Assembly (NCBI GenBank): GCA_042569365.1
Contig: JBHPHK010000003.1
Span: forward strand, 3,047 to 67,046
Origin: Patescibacteria group bacterium
Lineage (GTDB): Bacteria; Patescibacteriota; JAUYIX01; JBHPHK01
Direction of reading: 5' to 3'
Length of the DNA stretch: 64,000 bases
Shown here: one piece after another, positions 44,181-53,144 of the stretch
Numbering within the stretch: position 1 is the stretch's first letter
Layout: the number at the start of each line of letters is the position of its first letter
Program-made: the position numbers and the translations under genes
Notes under the pieces: generated by a model
Database searches by the model: none
The model's input: the letters and a program-made list of their open reading frames with translations, nothing else
What the model was told of the DNA's origin: nothing

Positions 44181-45521
44181 GTGTTTCTCATCAAGATGAG
44201 ACAAAGAGACGATATACAGAAAACTAGCCTTAAAAAGGCGCCTATTTTGTTTGGTAAAAAACGGAATTTTTACACATTTATAGCCGTTGCTGGCTTGGCG
44301 ATCATGCTGGTTGTCGGCGGTTTTGTGACGGCTCCCAGATTGCAGGCCTCATCGATAAACGACCTCACTAACGATATTAATTCGCTGACTGATGATGTGT
44401 CGGCACTGGAAGCAGAAATTGCGGCGTTGCAGGCTAATATCGCTGGCAAGCAAATGGAGATCAGGACTCTTGCCAACGAGATTTCAATATTAGACCAAAC
44501 TATTGGCCGTTTGCGCCTACAGATCCAGGCCACGGAGAAAAAAATCGAGCTAACAACAGCAGAGATCGACCGTCTCAAGCTTGAGATTCGTTCAACTGAA
44601 GAAGAGCTTGCCCAACAGCAAGAGAGTTTGATTGAGTTTATCCGCGAGCTTTATGTGCTGGATCAAGTGTCACCGCTCCAGGCTCTACTGGCCAATCAAA
44701 GTTTATCGGAATTTCTAGACCAATCCCAGCAGCTTCAATCGATTCAGGCAAGAGTGCGCGAAGTTCTGGAACAAATAAAAGAGAAACGCTTAGCACTTGA
44801 GACAAAGCGCAGAAGCGAGATTGCCAAACAAGATGATTTAACCAAGCTAAAAGGAGACCTAGATCTCCAACGCCATAACGAAGAAAACTCACGCAAAGCT
44901 AAGAACGATCTTCTAGCAAGAACTAAAGGTGAGGAGAATCAATACCAGACGCTTCTGGCTGCATCTCAAAGAAAACAAGACGAGATATATTCTACAATTG
45001 GCGCCCTTGAAGATGAGCTGCGCCAACAGCAGGCACTGTTAAATATTGATCTAAATGCGCCGAATCCGATCCCGGGCCTGCTGGATTGGCCTTCGGGGGG
45101 GATTATTACGCAGGAATACGGTTGGACGCCTTTTGCGCAAAGTGGTGCCTATGGAGGCAATCCGCACAACGGAATGGACATTTCAGCCGGATACGGATCT
45201 TCGATCAAATCAGCGGCTAATGGAGAGGTGGTAGCACGAGGTAGCAACGGCAACTACGCCTACGGAAACTGGGTGGCTATCCGCCATACATTTGCAAACA
45301 ACTTCAGCCTCGTAACGCTCTATGCCCACATGATCTCATATAGAGAGGTGAACGTTGGTCAGCACGTCAGCCAGGGCCAGACAATCGGCCATGAAGGCTC
45401 GACCGGTTATTCAACAGGGCCTCACTTGCACTTCGGAGTTTACACACAATTTGCGACGAGCAGTCAGTCGTATGGTCTCTTGCCGTACGGCATCACAGTC
45501 AATCCAAGAAACTATCTTTAG
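44181..45521 (+). CDS. M23 family metallopeptidase with an N-terminal coiled coil (EnvC-like peptidoglycan endopeptidase)
   Basis: 446 aa. TM helix, about 250 aa of heptad-rich sequence, then HNGMDISA...GNWVAIRH...HLHFGV M23 motifs. The start could be GTG 44181 or ATG 44196. Confidence 0.8.
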   Translation: MFLIKMRQRDDIQKTSLKKAPILFGKKRNFYTFIAVAGLAIMLVVGGFVTAPRLQASSINDLTNDINSLTDDVSALEAEIAALQANIAGKQMEIRTLANEISILDQTIGRLRLQIQATEKKIELTTAEIDRLKLEIRSTEEELAQQQESLIEFIRELYVLDQVSPLQALLANQSLSEFLDQSQQLQSIQARVREVLEQIKEKRLALETKRRSEIAKQDDLTKLKGDLDLQRHNEENSRKAKNDLLARTKGEENQYQTLLAASQRKQDEIYSTIGALEDELRQQQALLNIDLNAPNPIPGLLDWPSGGIITQEYGWTPFAQSGAYGGNPHNGMDISAGYGSSIKSAANGEVVARGSNGNYAYGNWVAIRHTFANNFSLVTLYAHMISYREVNVGQHVSQGQTIGHEGSTGYSTGPHLHFGVYTQFATSSQSYGLLPYGITVNPRNYL

Positions 45522-45631
45522 TGTTTGTTTAGTAAAAATAACTTAATAAAGCTAATTTTGCTGGTTTGGTGAACAGTATAGTTGTTCATGATATTGGTAT
45601 TTTCTAGAAAATAATTCACAGTGGAAAACGC

Positions 45632-45660
45632 TTGACAAATTCTTCCAAATAGGTTATACA
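45632..45660 (+). promoter_or_regulatory. Candidate promoter for the DUF11 gene
   Basis: cTTGACAAA -35 box with a weak -10 (TATACA) at 17-nt spacing. Confidence 0.35.
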
Positions 45661-45777
45661 TAGAACATCCCTTAAAGGGGCGGGCATGAGGAGTTATTTA
45701 AGTAGCGCTGCAATATTCCCGTTACCTAAATTGCTAATTCCTCAGCGCTCGAGAAAATTAATCTAACGTAAAACAAT

Positions 45778-46845
45778 ATGATAAAATCGCTAATAAAAAG
45801 TAGGGGACTAGTAGCGGCACTTGTGATCGCACTAAGTGCAGCACTACTTCCTCTAGCTGCGGCTCGCGCTGATGCGCCAGCTTTCTCGGCACAAACAGCT
45901 AATCCAATGCCTGGTGATACTTACACTTACGTCGTTGACTATACAAACGATACTGGTGAAGCACTCTTGGCATTCGATGTCGACGTTACTGTAAATACTG
46001 CTGGGTGGACACTTATTAGTGCCACACAGGGTACCTCTCCTGGTACATTGACACCATTAGTTAGTGGAAACACTTTGAAGTTCCGTGGTGGAGCTTTAGC
46101 TATTGCTGCCACTGACAGTATGAGCTTTACAGTTCGTGTTAACGATCCAGTTCTTGATGGAACCAACTTAACCTTTGGTGAAATTTTGACTTCTGCTTTG
46201 ACAGAAAGCTTCAATACCGTTGAAACATACGGCTCAGGAGTTTCTATGCAGATTCATCTGGCTGCTTTGGTTGTAGGTCTCACAGCAGATGACGCTACAC
46301 TCGATGCTGGTCTGACGACTCGTTACCGCTTAAGCGTTGAAAACGTAGGTTCACGAGATGCTTCAAGTTTGGTTTATACAGCAAACCTTTCTAGTCGCCT
46401 GTCTTATGTCCCTGGTTCAGCACAATGGAATGGCGCTCCTTTTGGAGATCCAACAATTGTTGGTAGCCAATTAACCTGGAATGCAGCAAGTCTTGCCGCT
46501 TTCTCAGGTCCACAGGAATTGTCATTCTCAGTACTTGTTTCCGATGCAACACTAGACACTGAAACATTGCAAAATGTTACTGCTGGTGTGATCGGTAATC
46601 AGGGTGTTATCCCTGTAGCAATCTTAGCTGACATGTCAGCTTACGTGGCTGCAGACACAGATCCAACCGACGCGGTTGGTCGCGACCTGACAATTCGCCC
46701 GTTGGCAATTGATGTCACAGGTGGTGGTACTGGAACAGATGACGGTACCTTGCTCGAAACTGGTGTTCCAGCCTTCGCTGCTCTTGCATTCTCTTTGATG
46801 ACTGCAGGTGCTGCCGCTGGTTACGCATTAAGGCGACGCAACTAA
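45778..46845 (+). CDS. Surface protein with DUF11-type repeats and a C-terminal sortase-like sorting signal (LLETG)
   Basis: 355 aa. Signal peptide (..AAARA|DA). PGDTYTYVVDYTNDTGEAL..DVDV.. and RYRLSVENVGSRDAS fit DUF11 repeats. C-terminus LLETG plus a hydrophobic stretch plus RRRN. Confidence 0.65.
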   Translation: MIKSLIKSRGLVAALVIALSAALLPLAAARADAPAFSAQTANPMPGDTYTYVVDYTNDTGEALLAFDVDVTVNTAGWTLISATQGTSPGTLTPLVSGNTLKFRGGALAIAATDSMSFTVRVNDPVLDGTNLTFGEILTSALTESFNTVETYGSGVSMQIHLAALVVGLTADDATLDAGLTTRYRLSVENVGSRDASSLVYTANLSSRLSYVPGSAQWNGAPFGDPTIVGSQLTWNAASLAAFSGPQELSFSVLVSDATLDTETLQNVTAGVIGNQGVIPVAILADMSAYVAADTDPTDAVGRDLTIRPLAIDVTGGGTGTDDGTLLETGVPAFAALAFSLMTAGAAAGYALRRRN

Positions 46846-46895
46846 GTGCTCGACACTTTTGAGTAAACGCAGTTAGACAATTTTAATGTCTAGTG

Positions 46896-46924
46896 AAAAA
46901 TCCCTTGTTTGAGGGGTTTTTTAT
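46896..46924 (+). terminator. Weak intrinsic terminator
   Basis: TCCCT-tgtttg-AGGGG followed by TTTTTT. Confidence 0.45.
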
Positions 46925-46948
46925 TATTTCCAAAAAAGGCAAAAAGAC

Positions 46949-46977
46949 TTGACAAAAACGCAAAATAATGCTAAAAA
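46949..46977 (+). promoter_or_regulatory. Promoter for beta-helix gene 1
   Basis: cTTGACAAAA-N-TGcTAAAAA. Near-identical in layout and sequence to the promoter at 49260. Confidence 0.5.
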
Positions 46978-47073
46978 GTAATGTACTCTTTGACACGGTG
47001 TCTTAGTGTACTATGGAAAAAACAGCTATTTGACAATCCCTATAAACAATCCCTACACACGGAGGACGAAACA

Positions 47074-49101
47074 ATGAAGAAAACTCTGGTTTTTCTCGCA
47101 ACCCTGGCAATTTTGGTGCTGGTGGGACCCACAATGGTGTGGAGCCAACAGCTTCAGAAACATGACCTGAACAGTGAATTTACCGCGAATCGTGCGGAGT
47201 ATGTCCTGGCACAAAGGGGAGTCACGTCTGCTTTTTTTAACCTCTTCGGAAGTCTTGATGAGCGGCAGACGATCCTGGCCGGGAAAATCTGTTTGGAATT
47301 CGAAAATGCCCAAATCGACAGTTTCCTGCAAGCACAGAGAGACGGTTTGATTCCGGCACATGCAGTAATTCCAATGCCGAAAATGCTTTCGGTGCAAATC
47401 ATCGATACGGCCGTGGCTATCAAAGCTGCTGGTCGTGACACACCCAATCCTGATTTGCAGGCGGCCGGCGGTGCTGATAAGCAACTGGCAGGTAGCTTTA
47501 CTCGTCTGGTACTTGCCAGCGGTGAAACTGCCGTAACGGTTGAATACCCGAACGACTGTCCAGGTCTAACATTCCAAGAATGTATGGACGCAAACGAGCC
47601 TGTAGCGGAAGCAGCGGATCAGGATCTTGTAATCATTATTACAGAGCCTAATCCCTTTACCGCTACTACCAAGAGCAGCTACAAGCTCGGCGCCTATGGC
47701 GGCACGATTATCCGTGCCATCAACGGCGGAACTGGAATCAAGTGGACTTACCTTAAATTCCAGTTTGACCATCAGGCGATTTTTGCCAAGTACGGCAAGG
47801 ATTACTCTGGTGCGGTCATCGATCCCGAAGTTAACGGGGCCACGTTCTGCATCGCCGCAGATCTGGGTGCGAACATTATAGTTGAAAACGTCATGCAGGC
47901 CAATGTTGGTGCGACCTCGGCATCCCAGTTTCGGTTCAACAACGTGATTTTCACGAATGTGAACTATGAAACGCAGGATGTGCGAGCCATCGATATTCCG
48001 CAGTTAGCTGCGGGGCAGGTGATTGACTTTACTAACGTCACTGTTAGCGGAGTCAACGCCGGTGACGGTATCGCAATCTACGATGCTACTAACGACGGGA
48101 CGTTTGTTGGTGATAATGTAAGAGTATCCGGAGCCTTTAACCAAGGTTTCTATGCGACTTGCAGTACTTACCTTACGAAGTCTCGTTTCGGCGGAAATTC
48201 TCCAGGCGTGTTTGTTGCAGGAGACTGTAGCGACGCATCGCTGGTGAAATTCTATACTAGCAATAGCATCTTCGATGGCAACGGCCACGGCATACTCTTG
48301 TTTAGTGTCTCAAATGATCCGACAGTTGGCATTTCAATGCCGACGGGTGATAGAGCCTCAATCGAGAATTGTCGCATCCGTTCCAATGGAACGGATGGAA
48401 TCCACACAGACTACTGTGCGAATGTCAATCTCTACGGCAATAACATTGCCCAGAACTTGAATGGTATCTCGTACAATAGCTCGTCTGGGATGATTCATCG
48501 CAACATTTTTACGCAGAACACGTATAATGTCGCGGTAGGATCGTCTCTGGCCGACACCTGCGTTGATTACGGCGTTCCAAATCTCGGTGACGTCACTTTC
48601 TGCGGTTGGAATAGCATCACCAGTAGCCCGGGATCAACTACGCCTACAGTCGATGGCGGATTGATCTGGCTCGATCCAACGGGCGGCGCTACGCTTACTG
48701 CTCACGCAAACTGGTGGGGCGCGTCTGCACGTGACGATCTCGCGACGTATTTCCATCTTGGAGCAGGCTCAAGTGTTGAACTTGATCCGGCGACAACCGG
48801 GAACGTCGAAGTCGGCAAAGGACTTGTTAGTCCTTTAATGTCTGGCGCGGTTGGCGAGCTGGAACTTACCAAAAACGTCGACGGTCTCAATATCGACATT
48901 GTCGATCTGAACTGGACCGATCCACCCACTACAGCCTACGTACGGTGGGGGAATGATCCGTCAACTGTTCGTGCCTCAGGCACGCTGGATCCTATGACCA
49001 ATGGTTTCCTGCAGCAGTTGATTGACGGAGTAGAGACTCTCTACTACGTACGCGTGGATACAGAGCCTTACATCAATCCTGATGAGGCAACTTGTCCGTA
49101 A
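47074..49101 (+). CDS. Large secreted right-handed parallel beta-helix protein (paralog 1)
   Basis: ATG 47074 is preceded by GGAGGA; the track start 46981 lacks support. Signal peptide. Beta-helix repeat stretch NCRIRSNGTDGIHTDYCANVNLYGNNIAQNLNGISYN..., and the LTAHANWWG motif common in NosD-like beta-helix proteins. Confidence 0.65.
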   Translation: MKKTLVFLATLAILVLVGPTMVWSQQLQKHDLNSEFTANRAEYVLAQRGVTSAFFNLFGSLDERQTILAGKICLEFENAQIDSFLQAQRDGLIPAHAVIPMPKMLSVQIIDTAVAIKAAGRDTPNPDLQAAGGADKQLAGSFTRLVLASGETAVTVEYPNDCPGLTFQECMDANEPVAEAADQDLVIIITEPNPFTATTKSSYKLGAYGGTIIRAINGGTGIKWTYLKFQFDHQAIFAKYGKDYSGAVIDPEVNGATFCIAADLGANIIVENVMQANVGATSASQFRFNNVIFTNVNYETQDVRAIDIPQLAAGQVIDFTNVTVSGVNAGDGIAIYDATNDGTFVGDNVRVSGAFNQGFYATCSTYLTKSRFGGNSPGVFVAGDCSDASLVKFYTSNSIFDGNGHGILLFSVSNDPTVGISMPTGDRASIENCRIRSNGTDGIHTDYCANVNLYGNNIAQNLNGISYNSSSGMIHRNIFTQNTYNVAVGSSLADTCVDYGVPNLGDVTFCGWNSITSSPGSTTPTVDGGLIWLDPTGGATLTAHANWWGASARDDLATYFHLGAGSSVELDPATTGNVEVGKGLVSPLMSGAVGELELTKNVDGLNIDIVDLNWTDPPTTAYVRWGNDPSTVRASGTLDPMTNGFLQQLIDGVETLYYVRVDTEPYINPDEATCP

Positions 49102-49158
49102 CGCTTCTTCATCTCCAAAAATGAGCATATTACGTGCTCCTACGTAGGGAATCCTATA

Positions 49159-49203
49159 GGGGGTAAGAACTTCATATGAAGCTCTCTTGCCCCCTATTTT
49201 TTT
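49159..49203 (+). terminator. Intrinsic terminator
   Basis: GGGGGTAAGAACTTCATATGAAGCTCTCTTGCCCCC followed by TATTTTTTT. Confidence 0.75.
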
Positions 49204-49259
49204 ATCCAAATATTTTCTCTTCCACTTAAATTTCGCGCGAATTATTAAGATAAATAACC

Positions 49260-49289
49260 TTGACAAAAGATCAAAAATAGTGTAAAAAT
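49260..49289 (+). promoter_or_regulatory. Promoter for beta-helix gene 2
   Basis: cTTGACAAAA-N-TGtAAAAAT. The leader ends caccaAAAAGGAGGacgattATG. Confidence 0.5.
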
Positions 49290-49392
49290 AAACATCAATC
49301 TCCTGCGCCTGTTTTCAGGTATAATGGGGTTGAGAAAACAGTTGAAATGATCTTTTAGAACTAAATACCAAACACCAAAAAGGAGGACGATT

Positions 49393-51957
49393 ATGAAAAC
49401 GTCTATTCTTCTCAAAGCAGTGCTCATGGCACTGATACTGGTGGTTATGGCACCTATTTTCTGGTGTCTAGACACTGCCAGTGATGACTGTACTCTCGAC
49501 GACTCGATTCGGGCACAAGAAATTCTGTGTGACAGGGGAGTAAAAGACGCTTTCTATGACCTCTTTGGAGGTCTCAATGAGCGCCAAACGCTTCATGCTG
49601 CGCAGATCTGCCTGGACTTCGAACAGGAACAGCGAATACGTTCTGAAGCCGCTTTCAAAGCTGGCTTAATTACGCAAATTCCTACGCCTGTTGCACTCAA
49701 CATGCAAATCATCGACACAGCCGCTGCAATTAAAGCTACTGGTTCTGGAAATCCGAATGTGGAACTTCAGAATACCAATAGCAGCAAAGACAAATGGCTG
49801 GCCGGCATTTTTATCCGATTATTACTTGATGGTGGCGAAACCGCTATCGTCAGGCACTACCCGGGTGACTATGTGAGTGGCGGAACCAAAGTGGCCTATC
49901 TACCATTCCAACAAGCAATCGATGCACTCGAACTCGAAGGTGAAGCAGAGGACAAGGATGTGGTTTTGATTGTAACGGAAGCGAACCCATTTACAGCCAC
50001 TGCTAAAATAGCCTGTGAACCGGGCGCCCACGAGGGCGTGGTGATCAGAACCGTCAACGGCGCAACTGGAATCAAATGGTTTGATCTTCGGTTCGAGTAT
50101 GACCAGGCAGCAAACATTGCCAAGTACGGTAAAACGTTTATGCCCATCATCGACGCCTCGGTCAATGCCGCGACATTCTGTATCACAACAGACTTGAACT
50201 GCAATGTCCGAGTCTCCGGCGTGGATCTTGTCAACGAAGGTGATACGTCTGCAGTGCAATTTCGCTTCTGCAACGTGTACCTGGATGACATTACCAGTTC
50301 GGCGCAGCTCACAACCTTTATTGATATTCCGGACCTCCTAGCGGGGCAGGTTATTGACTTTAAGGATGTGAGGATCAATGGAGTAGCGTCTGGAAGAGGA
50401 ATTCACATTTATGATTCCGATCTAGATGGAACATTCATTGGTGAAGGACTGAACATTAGCGGCACGTTTTCACTGCCGATCCACACGTGGTGCAATACTA
50501 GTATTACCAACTCTAACGTGAGTGGTAATAATGGTGGAGGCATCCGCGTAGATGGATACAGCATGAGCTGTGCTAATACCAATGTCGCTGTGAATCTCGA
50601 TAATGTAGTTATCGATGGCAACAGTTCAGTTGCGCTGATGCTTAGTTTTGTGCAAGACGATGCTGGACTTGGAGAAACCATGCCTAGTGGCGCTAGCGCA
50701 ACTGTTGCGAACTGCAGAATCAGGAGTAACGGTGGCGGTGCCGGTGCAATGATCGACGGCTGTGGCCCCATAAACTTCTGGCGAAACAACATTGGTAAAA
50801 ACAATGTTGGTATCGTCATGGAAGAAACGGCGGGTGACTTCGCACAGAACATTATCACGCAAAATGATAAGGGAATAGTCACGAATACGATTTCGGATGC
50901 CGTGTGGTGTTCACAAGGCCTTGACACGCCGGTTCCCAATTTGGGAGACGACACCTGGTGCGGAGTGAATATCATTGCCGATACGACCAGCCGGCTCATC
51001 GACAACAATTTGAACACCATGCTGACGGCCCACGGCAACTGGTATGGTGATAGTGCTCTGCCTAACCCGAGTGTTTACATGGAAGGCAACGTGGATCTGG
51101 GTACTTCGCTTCCTAATCCGCCTAAAGCAGGCGCGGTAGGGGAGATCGAACTGTCTTTCAATCCTGACGGCGTTAATATCGACATTGTCGATATTAATTG
51201 GGCAGATCCACCGCCTGGCAGTGCCGAAGTCTACTATGGCACCGACCCCTCTCAGGTCAGTGCTTACACTACAGCATTTGGTGTAATGGTAGACGGGCTA
51301 TATCAGTATCCGGTGGACGATGGTAACGTGACGACTTTCTTCAAACGGAAGGAAATCGAGCCTTACTTCGACCCGGACACCGACCCGTGTCCAGGTGACA
51401 CCCAGAGTATTGGAACGCTTCAATACATCGATGGCGTCAAGTCATATGATCCGGATGGTGAAGTCTGGTATATCCAGTGGAAATTCAGCAGTGCTGATGA
51501 TCAAGCTCTCTACGCTGATGGTCCTGCCCGTGCCGGGTACGCCTATTGGTTTGGGGCATTGGAAGAAAAGGGGCAGGCTGTGTTTCCGCTGACGGACATA
51601 AGTCCAGGTGTAGAAATTGAGTTCTGGGATCAGTTGGACCCAAGCAATCCAGTCTATCTGACAGGAAACGTTGTGGTGAAAACTGGCAATCTCAATCTTC
51701 CCTTTAATGGTGTTTACCATTGCGGGGAGTGGGATGGACTGACTCGAACAGAGTGTGAAAGCTTTGTTCCCATCAGTCTGACCGGAAGCACTGAAGTACC
51801 GCTTAACAATCAGCATTCCTTCTTCTTAAATGAAGGAAATCTGCCCTCCTTAGATGGTGACTATGTTATCATCGAGTTGGCAGATGGCATGCTTTTCAGT
51901 GAGCCAATGATTAACTGGACAAGTTCAGGGGTCATGCACATCAACGTGACATTCTGA
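49393..51957 (+). CDS. Large secreted right-handed parallel beta-helix protein (paralog 2, with an extra C-terminal domain of about 180 aa)
   Basis: 854 aa. Colinear with the 47074 protein (shared blocks NPFTAT, GIKW, AKYGK, LAAGQVIDF, NCRIRSNG, VPNLGD, LTAHGNWYG, AGAVGEIEL, NIDIVDINWADPP, EPYFDPD). Confidence 0.65.
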   Translation: MKTSILLKAVLMALILVVMAPIFWCLDTASDDCTLDDSIRAQEILCDRGVKDAFYDLFGGLNERQTLHAAQICLDFEQEQRIRSEAAFKAGLITQIPTPVALNMQIIDTAAAIKATGSGNPNVELQNTNSSKDKWLAGIFIRLLLDGGETAIVRHYPGDYVSGGTKVAYLPFQQAIDALELEGEAEDKDVVLIVTEANPFTATAKIACEPGAHEGVVIRTVNGATGIKWFDLRFEYDQAANIAKYGKTFMPIIDASVNAATFCITTDLNCNVRVSGVDLVNEGDTSAVQFRFCNVYLDDITSSAQLTTFIDIPDLLAGQVIDFKDVRINGVASGRGIHIYDSDLDGTFIGEGLNISGTFSLPIHTWCNTSITNSNVSGNNGGGIRVDGYSMSCANTNVAVNLDNVVIDGNSSVALMLSFVQDDAGLGETMPSGASATVANCRIRSNGGGAGAMIDGCGPINFWRNNIGKNNVGIVMEETAGDFAQNIITQNDKGIVTNTISDAVWCSQGLDTPVPNLGDDTWCGVNIIADTTSRLIDNNLNTMLTAHGNWYGDSALPNPSVYMEGNVDLGTSLPNPPKAGAVGEIELSFNPDGVNIDIVDINWADPPPGSAEVYYGTDPSQVSAYTTAFGVMVDGLYQYPVDDGNVTTFFKRKEIEPYFDPDTDPCPGDTQSIGTLQYIDGVKSYDPDGEVWYIQWKFSSADDQALYADGPARAGYAYWFGALEEKGQAVFPLTDISPGVEIEFWDQLDPSNPVYLTGNVVVKTGNLNLPFNGVYHCGEWDGLTRTECESFVPISLTGSTEVPLNNQHSFFLNEGNLPSLDGDYVIIELADGMLFSEPMINWTSSGVMHINVTF

Positions 51958-52022
51958 CGTCTTCTCCTGAATTGGGGAGTAATCTTACTTCTCAATTCTA
52001 CTTACTAACCCAGGGGGTTGGA

Positions 52023-52064
52023 ACTTCTTTCGAAGTTTCAACCCCCTTTTTCTTTTACATAATT
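52023..52064 (+). terminator. Strong intrinsic terminator
   Basis: GGGGGTTGGAACTTC-ttt-cGAAGTTTCAACCCCC followed by TTTTTCTTTT. Confidence 0.85.
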
Positions 52065-52233
52065 TATGCTTAGATGAAGCAAGAGGGGAGTCACAGTATT
52101 TTGCCTCCTTCTGATGCTCCCTTCTAAGCGTTGCATTCTCTGATTTCGTAAGGCATGGCAGTGCCTTACTCCTCCTTCACCTCCTAGAATCAGTTAATGC
52201 TTTCGCTTGTTCACGCCTATCCCGAGGTGGAGT

Positions 52234-52272
52234 TTCATCCGAGACTCCACCTCCTTTTATATGGGTTAATAA
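52234..52272 (+). terminator. Terminator-like hairpin inside the gene-free region (or an SD-sequestering hairpin if read on the minus strand)
   Basis: GAGGTGGAGT-ttcatccgag-ACTCCACCTC followed by CTTTTATAT on the plus strand. Confidence 0.4.
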
Positions 52273-52449
52273 ACAATTTACGCGTCAAAGAAACACTCTA
52301 AGATACACCAAACTCAGATAAATCATATATAGAGCTTCGCATAAGGTACATTGTGCGACACAACATATATAGTTTCTGGGGCGTATTCTCCTACGTCCCC
52401 CGCCGAATAGGTATGTCGAGTTTGTTTATTTGTAATTACTCCATAACAA

Positions 52450-53136
52450 CTAGAGATTTATCTTAGGAGGTAGAGAATCTTGGGTATCCTGATATCTCTT
52501 CGGGTCATCAATAGTGTGAAAAGGACCATCGTATACATAGGCGTAAACAAGTTTTTTGGCAGCAAGTGAGGGGAATACATCAACTTCCAACGAACTTTTT
52601 GTGTTTTCGGGTATATGGGCGAATATGTCAGGTTCACACATGTATGGTCCCCCAACAGACACCCAGCCAGGTTCTGACCCAACTTTCTCTGTAAATTTAG
52701 TAACGCACATCGAATCCTCTGAAAACTCAACAAATCCATAGTCAGTAGAATCTTTCAGGTACTTCACTGGAAAAGTGACGACCCCTCCCCTCTCCAAGTG
52801 AAATTTTTTAAGAGCGTCCATGTCGATCCGCTTAATCTCATCAGCATTGGACACGCAAAATGTCTCGCTAATCTCATCACGCATAAGATCCAATGCTCCA
52901 CCCGTTCCGCGTTGCTCGGACTCCCCTATTATCGTGAAGTCATACTGAGTTTGTAGGGGCTCATATTGTTCAACAAAAACATTTTTCGTAATAACTATAA
53001 CGTCGTGCCCGCTGAGCTGTTCCAATAAATACGAAATCACCGGCCTACCGTTGATCGGCATCATCGGCTTGGAAATGGTTTTAGTGAGCGACTTGAGGCG
53101 TTCGCCCGATCCGCCTGCGAGAAGAATGACTTTCAT
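52450..53136 (-). CDS. Sugar-phosphate nucleotidyltransferase (NTP_transferase family)
   Basis: 228 aa. MKVILLAGGSGERLKSLTKTISKPMMPINGRPVI, the G-x-G-x-R-L signature of sugar-1-P nucleotidylyltransferases. Confidence 0.75.
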   Translation of the reverse strand: MKVILLAGGSGERLKSLTKTISKPMMPINGRPVISYLLEQLSGHDVIVITKNVFVEQYEPLQTQYDFTIIGESEQRGTGGALDLMRDEISETFCVSNADEIKRIDMDALKKFHLERGGVVTFPVKYLKDSTDYGFVEFSEDSMCVTKFTEKVGSEPGWVSVGGPYMCEPDIFAHIPENTKSSLEVDVFPSLAAKKLVYAYVYDGPFHTIDDPKRYQDTQDSLPPKINL

Positions 53137-53144
53137 TACTCACA

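Noticed and set aside
52065-52449. Considered tmRNA, RNase P RNA, SRP RNA, 6S RNA or a riboswitch for the large gene-free region.
   Set aside because: I find no tRNA-like acceptor/T-arm (GGTTCGAATCC), no RNase P GAGGAAAGTCC box, no SRP GGAA/AGCA domain IV and no long 6S-type bubble hairpin. It is kept only as an unclassified candidate in the findings.
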